A stretch of 64,000 bases of DNA from Callorhinchus milii. Lineage: Eukaryota. A program made the position numbers and the translations under genes. The notes under the pieces were generated by a model that was not told the DNA's origin, did no database searches, and was given only the letters and a program-made list of their open reading frames with translations. Below are positions 53,530 through 64,000 of this stretch, piece by piece (position 1 is the first letter of the stretch; each line of letters opens with the position of its first letter). The stretch spans positions 77,936,001-78,000,000 of the forward strand of contig NW_024704742.1 in the NCBI RefSeq assembly GCF_018977255.1, written 5' to 3'.

Positions 53530-54895
53530 GATGGTCCCCTTTTAAAATAGCTGTCATCATCCCGATTCCAAAAAAAAACTTCCCTCAACCCATCCCTGTT
53601 CCCTAACTACCGTCCCATCTCCAACCTCTCTAAAGTACTGGAACGAGTCGTTGCTTCCCAGCTTCACTCTTTCCTCTCCCTGCACTACCTGCATTAACCA
53701 CTCCAATCTAGAATCTGTTCTGCTCATAGTACAGAGACTGTCCTAGTCAAAGTCCCAGATATTGTTCTCATCATCTGTGACCAAGGCGCTCTCTGCTTCC
53801 TTGTCCTATTTGATCTCTCTGCCACCTCAGACACTGACCATTCCATTCTTCTCCACTGCCTTTCCTCTCTTTCCTTTACTCTCATGCCTACCTATCCCAG
53901 CTTCTCCACTTTGTAGCTACCAATGGCTTCCCCTCCTGCCCTCACACTGTCATTTGCAGAGTTCCTCAGGGATCCTAGATTCACTCTTCTTCAACATTTA
54001 CATGCTCCCGCTTGGTGATGTCATAATAATCCTTGCATTTGATATCGCGCCTTATCACATCTTCAAGACGTCTTAAAGCACTTTACAGAATATACTGTAA
54101 AGTGAATTGACTGTATATTTTGCAGGCAAAATGGCATCTATCAGCATGGGGTCAACTTCTACATGTATGTGGATGACACCCAACTGTGTATCTCTCTGCC
54201 TTCACCCTGGATTCCAGGACCACTGCTGCCCTGACAGAATGTCTGTCAGACATCAAGTCCTGGATGACAGACAACTTTCTCCAATTGAATGTCGATAAGA
54301 CCGAGGCCCTCCTACTTATCTCCCATTAGGACCTCATCACCTCGGGCAACACTAAACATGGAAGCACATTTCACCTCATCGAACCAGTATGGAATCTGTG
54401 TCTTGTTCAACTCTTAAGTATCCTTTAAACCCCACATCTGTGTCTTGATCCAGTTTGCCTTCCCCAACCTCCACAACACTGCCCACTTTCACAACACTGC
54501 CCACCGCCACAACTCTGCCCACCGCCACAACTCTGCCCACCGCCACAACTCTGCCCACCGCCACAACTCTGCCCACCGCCACAACTCTGCCCACCGCCAC
54601 AACTCTGCCCACCGCCACATCTCTGCCCACCGCCACATCTCTGCCCACCGCCACATCTCTGCCCACCGCCACAACTCTGCCCACCGCCACAACTCTGCCC
54701 ACCTCCGGCACTAACTTCAGACAGGCAAGACCCTTATCATTACATCCAGGCTTGACTATGCAAACTTGCTCCTCACCAGTCTTCCCAATTTTTCCCTTCA
54801 CAAGCTGCAGATCATTCATCCTCTGCTGCACCAGGCTCCATGAGCAAATCACTCCCATCCTCTCCTGACTCCCCTTTCCACAGAAGATTACATTC
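53530..54895 (+). mobile_element. Degraded L2-clade LINE with a nested SINE tail (about 54022-54135, minus strand) and a minisatellite
   Basis: NYRPISNL, STET.LVKV, Y(V)DDTQLC and SDIKSWM remnants. Confidence 0.85.
54472..54705. repeat. 18-bp minisatellite, about 13 units
   Basis: Unit CTCTGCCCACCGCCACA(A/T). Confidence 0.97.
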
Positions 54896-57175
54896 AACAA
54901 CAACAACAAAATTACATTTGTATAGCGCCTTTCACATCAGGAGGACGTCCCAAGGCGTTGAACAGTCAGAGTTTCGGACCTGAGCTGGGGGTCGGGGTCG
55001 GGGAGGGTGGAAAATTAGGCAGGTGCAATATCCAGGAGGGTCCCAGTTTCTGCTCTCTCATATGCGACACACCTCTAATTTTATATCACAAAAGCAGAGA
55101 TTCATTAACTTACAATTCTAGGACATCCTGCTCATTATTATTTTAGCAAGGTCAACTGGAGATGTCAACAGTGCAACCTCCCTATTCCCAATTACAATAA
55201 TAAATAATAATCGTTGCATTTGATACACCTGCAACATCAAAGCACCTCAAAATCTTTCAAGTGTAATTGTTGCCACATCCAGTTATTGTACAACTTTAGG
55301 CAAATATCAACCACTGTCACACAAGGTCCCATAATTACCTCACCAACTCATTCTGGAGGACTGTTGGCCAAGACACCAGGAGTAATTTCCTCCTCTTTTT
55401 CAGATTGTGCCATGGAAACTTTAACATCCACCCTAAATAGACAGACAGGACCCCAGTTTATGTCTCATCTGAAGGATGTCAGCTCTGACAATGCAGTATT
55501 TCCCCAGTCCTGCACTGTGAGTTCAAAGTTTCAATCAACAAAGCTTCAGACCCAGAGGGAAGTACATTAGGTCAAAAGTTACTTGATGAATGGTTAAAAA
55601 AAATTGGAACCGTTTATTCTCACACTTCTCTGCAAGAGGCAATCTGCCTTCCACTCACCCCAAAGACTGCCAGTGCTGAGTTCACAAATACAGGGAAACA
55701 GACCCACAAGACTGAAAAAGGACTTTAGTTAAGAGTTGTGCCCCCAAATAAAGTTTTAGTTTCATACCTACCTTCCCTTTCAATAACGTATTCATCTTTG
55801 TAACACCAGTGCATAAAACATGGGCAAATCAATCCCAATGCTTTGTAAATCTTACATTCTCCTGCCATCAGTACATGCATCTGCAGTATCCCTGATATCA
55901 CCAAACATTAGGGACAGTATTTAAAAAAAACATTGGTTACAATAGACATTGTCCAGAGAAGAGTCAGAGAACACTGCGCTAATGATTTTGCATGCAGGGT
56001 CGATGGACCAGAAACAAGACTGCTACGCACAGTTGCTGCTCAAAGGAAACAGCGCCTACCTTATTACAACCATCCTGGCAAGTTCCTCCCAAACCAATCT
56101 GGAATACACCAAGGAATGCGAGCAATGTACATAATGCATTATTTTGCTGAGCCAACAAGAAGATATTTTCTACAGATAGGCAAATTGCACTTGGTGTGAA
56201 GTATATCATAATTACCTTGGTCATCCAAGAGATGCTTCCGCTAATGTCCACTTATTCAAAACAGTAAAATGATGGATTTGAAGCACACATTGAGTCCTTA
56301 TTCATTGGAAGCAAAGAGGATCCCAGGACACTCGCAGCACAGTGACACTAAGATCTAATGCCACACAAAACTAATGCAAATGACTATCTCGTCCCTTAGT
56401 TTCTAGTGATGTAAAAGCCTCCCCCACCACAACCAGGTGTATTGTTCCATGGCTCTTTTGAAAGAATGTCAAGATCAAGTGATATAGTGAAACGTGTGAA
56501 AAACAAAAACTGTGCGTTCTCTTTTTTCAGAGAGAAATTAGAGCACAAAGGGAGGAAGCTCTACATTAAGGGCATGTCTATTGAAAATATAAGTTAAAAA
56601 AATTGCATACAATTAAATATACTTCTTCATTTAGTAAACAATTACTTGCAAACAAATTAAAATAGGAGATTTGAGAGAGTGTCTCCGGGTATCCACTAGG
56701 TAAGCTATCACTTAGAGAGCGGTTAGTGGGGTTTCCTTGGGGCTGAGCCCTAGATTACTGGCAATCGGATATCAGAATTGATATCTACCCTCTGTGGCAG
56801 ACTTCGCAGTCCTGGGCCGGGCTGGTCCGCAATTCTCCAGGGCACTACTGATAACAAACCAGCCAGCCTGGCGCATTGGCAAGACTCAGTGAAAGATCAG
56901 TCACTGGGGCAAGGATTCTTTCCACTCGGTTCTTGTTAACCCTGCAAGTCAAAGCCAAATGGAGCTGGACAAGAAGCGACAAACTTTACCAGACAGTGTT
57001 TTCAATGGCCAGCTGTACAGTTTTACAATAACAACTTACACTTGTATATCTCCCTTTACATCGGAAAGACGTCCCAGGGCGCTGGACAATCAGGGGTTTT
57101 GGACCCGAGCTGGTAGTTGGGGTCAGAAGGGAAGGAGGGCAGGGGGGTGTGGGTGGGGGGGGGGGGGGGGGGGAA

Positions 57176-59495
57176 TTACCACAGCCTTGACATTTCCGAC
57201 CTTAGTATAGTGGACAAGACCATCTCGGACCACTTCCTCATCTCCTTCTCCTCTTACATTCCTCTCTCCTCCACCAACCCCTCAACGATTCTCTACCGCC
57301 CATGGAAAAGGCTAACCCCTGAGACCCTCACAAAGGCCCTTACATCCTCAAATATCCTATCGCTCTGATCTTCCACCCGCAGAGATCCTGAAGCAGCCGT
57401 CCAGCTGCTCCATGATCGGCTCTCCTCCACCTTCAACTCCCTCGTCCCCCTGAAATCCAGGACCATCTCCAAATGCACCCGATTCCCCTGGTACAACAAC
57501 CATGTCTGCTGCCTAAAAACCCAAACCCGTCTGCTTGGAAAACTGGCCTGACAGTTCTCCACCAACTGTGGCTCGAGCCGTGATACGCACAAAAACAGCC
57601 TTCTACTCCAACATCATTTTGGAGGCTAAACACAACCCTAAAATCATTTTTTCCACCACCCACTACCTCCTCCATGTGCCCCCTCAGGCCTACTCAGTCT
57701 TCACATCCAGTGCCAAGTGCGAAGAGGTCATGGACTTCTTTTCATCTAAAATTCACAACATCCGCCAGGCAACCTCATCCACCTGCCTCTTGTCACCCAC
57801 CACCACGCCCTCTCTGTCCCCCTTACTCTCCCCATCATCAGCTCCTACCACAACCCCCATCTTACCTTCCTCCCCATCTCTCCCGCCTCCCTCTCACCCA
57901 CCATCACCTCAATGAAACCCACCACCTACTGCCTCGACCCCCTCCCTACTAACTTGCTGGTCACCCAGCTCCCCCTTCTCTGCCCACTACTGCCTGATGT
58001 CATCAACCATTCCCTCTCTTCCAGATCAGTCCCTGCCCCCCTCAAAACTGCTGTCATCACCCCCTTCCTCAAAAAACCTTCGCTAGATCCCTCAAACCCC
58101 AGCCACTACCACCCTATTTCTAACCCGCCCTGCCTTGCCTCGCAAAAGTCCTAGAACGCGTTGTTGCCAATCAACTCCGCGCACACCTCTCCTTCCACTC
58201 CCTCTTCAAACCTCTCCAATTTGGTTTCCGCCCTGCGCACAGTACAGAGACTGCACGTGTGAAAGTCACAAATGACATCCTCTCTATCTGTGACCAGGGC
58301 TCCCTCTGCCTCCTTGTCCTCCTGGACCTCTCAGCCGCGTTCGACACAGTCGATCACACCATCCTCCTCCACCGCCTTTCCTCCATCATCCACCTCACTC
58401 ACAAATCGTCAGCAGTACATCTGCACAAACGGCTTCTCCTCCCGCTCTCACCCGCTTACCTGTGGGGTACCACAAGGATCCATCCTTGGCCCTCTCCTCT
58501 TTTTGACCTACATGCTCCCTCTTGGGGATGTCGTCTGCAGACATGGGGTACACTTCCACATATATGCAGACGACACCCAACTCTATTTTTCCACCTCACT
58601 TTGCGACCCCCTGTCCCCTGATATTCTGTCAGCCTGCCTGTCAGACCTCAGGAGCTGGATGAGCGCAAATTTCCTTCAGCTAAACACTGAACATCATATT
58701 CTTTGGCTCCTGTCAACGTCTTAAAATCTCACGGTTCTCACCTCCTCCACCTACTCGACCTCCCCATAAAACTCTCCAAACCCATACTCAACCTAGGAGT
58801 CAGGTTCGACCCCCAATTATCCTTCCTCCCCCACATCCGGTCCCTCACCAGCACCGCTTTCTTCCACCTCCGACGCATCGCCCGTCTCCACCAATACCTC
58901 TCTCCGAAAGCCACTGAAACTCTGGTCCATTTCTTTGTCACCTCTTGGCTGGACTATTCATATGCCCACCTCGCCGGTCTCCTCTCTCCTACAAAATCCA
59001 AATTATTCAAAACTCTGCCGCCCGCATTCTTATCCGCACCAAACTCCGCTCCCCGATCACCCCAGTCCTTGCCAGACTGCACTGGCTGCCTGTCCCAGAG
59101 AGGATCGACTTCAAGATCCTCACTCTTGTCTTCAAATCCCTCCACTCCTCTGCACCCTCCTACCTCTCTGACCTCCTCTCTCCTCAAAACAGTGCCCGTT
59201 GCCTTCGTTCCTCCGGGTCTGGCCTCCTCCTCGTCCCCGAGTCCTCCGCTCCACCCTCGGCGGCCGTGCCTTCAGCCACTATGTCTCGAGACTCTGGAAC
59301 TCCCTTCCTCGCTCCCTTCGCCTCGCCCCCTCTCTTCCTATTTTCAGGTCTCTGCTGAAGACCTTTCTTTTCGACCGCGCCTTTGGTCATCTTCCTCCCC
59401 CTCCCCCTGGCTTGGTCCCAGGATCAGTTACGGTGAAGTGTTCTGAGACGCTGTCCGGCGTGGAAGGCACTATATAAATCTAAGTTGTTGTTGTT
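57176..59495 (+). mobile_element. Longest L2-clade LINE in the window (about 2.3 kb): end of the APE endonuclease, RT and 3' tail; multiple frameshifts
   Basis: ISDHFLISF (APE SDH), [46 protein letters not shown], tail TATATAAATCTAAG(TTG)n. Confidence 0.95.
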
Positions 59496-59497
59496 GT

Positions 59498-60030
59498 GCT
59501 TGATGAGGGTGGCCAAAGGCATGGTCAAAGAGGAAGGTCTTTAGATGGAACGTGGAGGCAAGAGAAGGGATGAGGCGGAGGGATTGCAGGATAGAGTTCC
59601 AGAGTGTGGGGGCAGAGATGTTGAATGCTCGACCGCCAATGGTGGGGCGGGAAATTCGGGAGACCTGAAGCAGGCCGGTGTCTGCCAAGCGGTGGAAACG
59701 GACAGGCTGATATCGGGTTATGAGGTCAGAGAGGTAGGGGGGAGCAAGACCGTGGAGGGACTTGAAGATAAGAACAAGGATTTTGTACTTGATTTCTCTG
59801 AGGAATGGGGAACTAGTGAAGCCGGGCAAGAACCAGGATGATAGGTTCCTGGAGCTTGGTGCGGGAGAGGACATGAGCTGCAGAGTTCTGAATATTCTGC
59901 AGCTTGTGGAGGGAAGAGTTGGGAAGTCCAGTGAGCAGGCAGTTGGCGTAGTCAAGCCGGGACGTAATGAAAGTGTGGATCAGGGTCTCGGGAGCCTGTG
60001 GTGAGAGGCTGGGGCAGAGGCAGGCAACGT
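59498..60030 (-). mobile_element. L2-clade 3' fragment, tail-to-tail with the previous element
   Basis: IKYKILVLIFKSLHGLAPPYLSDL, GGRAFNISAPTLWNS. Confidence 0.9.
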
Positions 60031-60059
60031 TGCGGAGGAGTCTGTTTCAGTGTGCCGGT

Positions 60060-60350
60060 GCATAGAATCATAGAAATCCATGGCACAGAAAGTGGCCATT
60101 CGGCCCATCGTGTCTGTGCCAGCTCCCTCAAGAGCAATCCTTTCATTCACCTGCTCTTTCCCAATACCTCTGTAGCTGACTCTTTTTAAGGTATTTGTCT
60201 AATTCCCTCTTGAAAGCCATTATGGGTTGTGTCTCAAGCACCTCTTCCTGGCAGGGCATTCCACATCCTAACTATGTGAAAAGTTTTTGCTTAACACCTC
60301 CCCATTTGCTTGTTACTAAACTAACGTAAATTAATGTTCTATGGTTACTG
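60060..60350 (-). mobile_element. CR1-type LINE 3' tail
   Basis: CATAGAATCATAGAA tail repeat and GGCCATTCGGCCCATC. Confidence 0.75.
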
Positions 60351-60851
60351 ACTCAGAGACTTCTTTTCTCAGGAACTCCAACTCAGACTCTCTCGGCCTT
60401 GCCACATCCTTTCCCACTTTTAAAACCTACCTTTAGATCCAACTTTCCCACTGTGCTTTAGCCACCCACCATTCCAGCTCAGACTCCAAGGCAGCTGTAT
60501 GCAACGTCTTAAGACTTCGTTTTTCTTTCCCCAACCCTCCGGTGTGAAAGGCGCTATATAAATGTAACGTATAGTTATAAATAAACTACACTGTACCTGA
60601 TATTGTAATCTGGGCCTCCTAGGCTGCTATTCAAAGGTTCTGGAGAGCACTGCACAGTATCTGCCCCTTCATCTGTTAGAACAGCTCGTCTCTTCACTTT
60701 ATCAGCACAAGCCAGTCCCTGCTCAGCTACGATATGATTCAAACACAGGAATTAAAGGAGAGAAGCGATGCACATTCCCAGGCCCCAGGATAGAATGTTT
60801 CTGAATTCTTCGTTTTAATATTTAGTACCATAAATTTTGGCTATCAGCACA

Positions 60852-60933
60852 TTATAAAATATCTGGATTACCCAAACGTAAAAGTGGAGTTTATAAAATA
60901 TCTGGATTACCCAAACGTAAAAGTGGAGTTTAT
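60852..60933. repeat. Perfect 39-bp tandem duplication
   Basis: TTATAAAATATCTGGATTACCCAAACGTAAAAGTGGAGT x2 plus TTAT. Confidence 0.97.
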
Positions 60934-61984
60934 CATTCCACTTAACTATTCTGAGCCTGCATATATGCTCTGCAGATATAACTCCACTAACCAGAGTTAG
61001 TGTTGGTTCTGCATTTACTGCCCTAAGGGTGTCAAGTTAACAGTAAATTATTTGCTTAGCAGATCAAATGTGCGTATTGTGAACCTCCAGACAGCACGGT
61101 CAATGGCAAAATCAGTCTACGATAAGTAGGATGCAAGATTTTTAGTAAACAAAAAATGTTCAACAGTCACAGGTCACAATCCAGAAGTTCAAAGTTGCAA
61201 ATCCAACTTAATGGGCTTAATAACTACCACTGAGAAACAAAGGTTGGGGGTGGGGGGAGGGAAGCAGGCCACAACACATATATTTGATGTGTTAAATATT
61301 AGACACAGAGTACAGATTGGCTTTAAAGAATGAATTTCATAGTTACCTCTTCTCTATCTGTTGAAACTACAGACTGAATCACAGACACATTCTCAATCAC
61401 ACCCCAATAACTTGATTCTAATCATTTTGTGCTGCATTGAGTCAATTCACTTTACAGTATATTCAGTATATGCAACTCAGGCCCTTGATCTAACATTTAT
61501 AGAGGCTCACACACCAGAGATCCCCAAAGGGTGAATTTCGAAGACGTGCCTAGTAAGCCAGGAAGAGCAGCTCAAATTATCGGAAATATGATGATAAGTC
61601 AATTTTCACAGAATTGTGGCACAACTTTTTTTTTGGTCAGCCGGGTCTCTGACACATGTCTGAACCCCTTACCATGTTTAATTTTATTCAAACCAAACTG
61701 AGAATTCCATGCATCCCACCTACACATGGAAATTTCAGATCGATTGTTGGAATGGAAATGTGTACTCTCTCCCTGAAAGGATGCATTCCTGCTTACCTAA
61801 TTCCGGAAAGTATTAGGTGTAGATGGGCAAGAGCCAAGACTTGGGGACCCCAGTGTGTTCGGGTATTGCTGGAGTCTAACCAGCTAAAACCACATAGCTT
61901 TCCATTGATATCACTGTCTGGCAAACTTTCCTGCTGCTTGTTCAGCTAGGACCAACCTACCCATTAGGCACACCAATATATGTA

Positions 61985-62380
61985 GTGTCAGCCTGACTTG
62001 TTGGTAGCACTCTCGCTTATGGGTTCAAGATATAAGTCAGGACTTTGAGCTCATATAGTCTAGGCTGATACTCCAATGCAGTGTTAAGGGAATGCTGAAT
62101 CATCAGAGGTGTTATCCTTCAAATGAGACTTTAAACCGAGGTCCCATCTGCCTGCTTAGAAAAGACAAGGGAGTTTTTGTTGGTGTTCTGGCCAAAAAAA
62201 TCCCTCAAATAAAACTGGTCACTCACTTCATGGTTGTTTGTTGCGAACAAAATGACAGCAAATTGGGATGCCACATTTGTCTACAAAATACATTGTCACA
62301 CAACTCTGGGATATCATGCAAATAGCTTTGAGATGTCCTTCCGACATCTAACGCAATATATCAAATTCAAGGATCTTTCA
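61985..62380 (+). mobile_element. DeuSINE-like SINE
   Basis: GTTGGTAGCACTCTCGC...TCTAGGCTGATACTCCAATGCAG...TTAAACCGAGGTCCCATCTGCC. Confidence 0.82.
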
Positions 62381-63624
62381 ATTCATTGGGGAAACACTCA
62401 GTAATGTACAATATTATCAACAGACAAATTCATTACATTTCATTAGGTATCTACCAGAATGCAGACAGCAAGAAAGAGACTGCAAAGATGATCATGGGGT
62501 CATACTTGATATACGTAAATGTAAAATCTGATACTTTTTCAAAGCAATAGATTGTAAAGAGATATCAATCTATACAGACCTGATAAAACATTTAGATTGT
62601 TTTGGTCCTATTGCTACAAACTATGGCTCCTCCAATAATGAGTCATTCCCCTAACACCGACCTGGAGTGTCAGCCTAGACCATGAGTTAAAATCCACAAC
62701 TCAGACCCTTGATCTCACAACCTAGAGGCAAGAATTGAGTCAAGCAAACAACTGATATGCATCTGCTTGATGCTCACCAGGAGGATTTAACAAAATACCT
62801 TTTACAATAAATACCCGGGAATGGGAAACTTGGCAACATATGTTACCATGCATCTAGAAGAGAAGTGGTCACTGAAGTGACTTCCTGCAGGAATGGAAAC
62901 CCGTGATGCTGAGGAAGGAAAAGAGGAGAGAATAAAGGATGAAGAGTGGATAAAAATAGCTATTATATCTCATACCAGTGAAGCATTTTTGAAGTTGACT
63001 GATGGGGCAGTCAAAGGATAATACTCTTATTTGCCCACTCATCTCAAGGCAGGGAAATGCTAATGACACACTAACTTCAGTTCATGGGCTTTTCTTGCTC
63101 TTTCTACTACAAAGGTAGAAGAACCTATGAGAAGGAAACTAGTGCACATTACCCTTTAAAATCCTTAATATATGATATGTTAAACCCTTGTGTGCTGAAA
63201 ATCTATAATGGAAGGCCCTAAAAGTAAAGATTACCATCCCCGGGTAAACTCCTATCAACAGGTCACAATTTACATATTTTTGAAACCTCATACATTTGAC
63301 TCAAAATTTTGTTTTCAGTTATATTCTCAAGTACTTTCTTCCCTGTGCTGAGACTTCCTGTGGAACATACCCACCCCCCACTGTTATGCCTGTGAACATC
63401 TTTCAGTTGACGTAAACAGGTGACCAGACACTGACACAAATGCTCTTCTAATTCTCTCCTCCCACCTCTCTGCCCATTTTCATCCACTCAGAAAAGAGCA
63501 CTTCTCATACTCTTCAGATTGAAACTTATGTGGAACTCAGTGCATGGTTGAGAAATCTCTTAGGAAATGGTGTCTCTGCACCACGGCAGCAAACTTTACA
63601 TTTTCATCAAATTGAGCAACAAAA

Positions 63625-63980
63625 GATAATAATAATCCTTGTATATAGTGATATAGTGTCATACCACATAATTGAACTGTCCCAGAGTCCTTCACAGGAT
63701 ATACTGTAAAGTGGATTGTATTTTGTGGGTAAAACGTGGCAGCCAGTTGCACACAACAATGTCCTACAAGCAGCCGTGGAGTGAGCAACCAATTTTATTT
63801 TGGGGGATTGCTGGCCAGGACACCAGGAGAAATTCCCTTCTCTTTTAGAATTATATCATGAGATCTTTAACATGCCCTGAACTGGCAGATGGGACCTTGG
63901 TTTAACGTTTCATCCGAAGGCGACACTTCTGACAACGCAACACCCACCCAGCACCGCAATGGAGTGTCAGCTTAGACTAT
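63625..63980 (-). mobile_element. DeuSINE-like SINE, 5'-truncated
   Basis: Reverse complement of GCTGACACTCCATTGC...CCTTCGGATGAAACGTTAAACCAAGGTCCCATCTGCC plus tail. Confidence 0.82.
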
Positions 63981-64000
63981 GGCGTCTGGCCATTCTGACT

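Noticed and set aside
54376..54909. ORFs with striking repeats (GRVVAV, TTLPTA, WRWAEL) that suggest a novel repeat protein
   Set aside because: They are by-products of an 18-bp minisatellite inside a decayed L2; there is no splice or gene context.
47618..64000. JAK2 promoter or 5' non-coding exons
   Set aside because: I see no CpG island or convincing exon; they probably lie outside the window.

Overview
Vertebrate genomic DNA, most likely a cartilaginous fish (inferred from the SINE/LINE content). It holds the complete coding region of JAK2 on the minus strand: 23 coding exons from 47567 (ATG) down to 6927 (TGA). All introns are GT-AG, and the exon sizes and phases match the mammalian JAK2 structure as I recall it (FERM, SH2-like, JH2 pseudokinase, JH1 kinase; about 1127 aa once one frameshift is corrected). 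Two coding anomalies stand out: the first coding exon is one base short, most simply in a G7 run, which frameshifts the gene, and the kinase APE motif reads ALE. Introns and flanks are dense with L2-clade LINE fragments, CR1 tails, two tRNA-derived SINE families whose 3' tails match the L2 tail, an unclassified repeat of about 600 bp, foldback palindromes and an 18-bp minisatellite. I see no promoter or CpG island, so the TSS and non-coding exons probably lie beyond 64000. I found no convincing novel biological system. Repeat boundaries are approximate and were read by eye.
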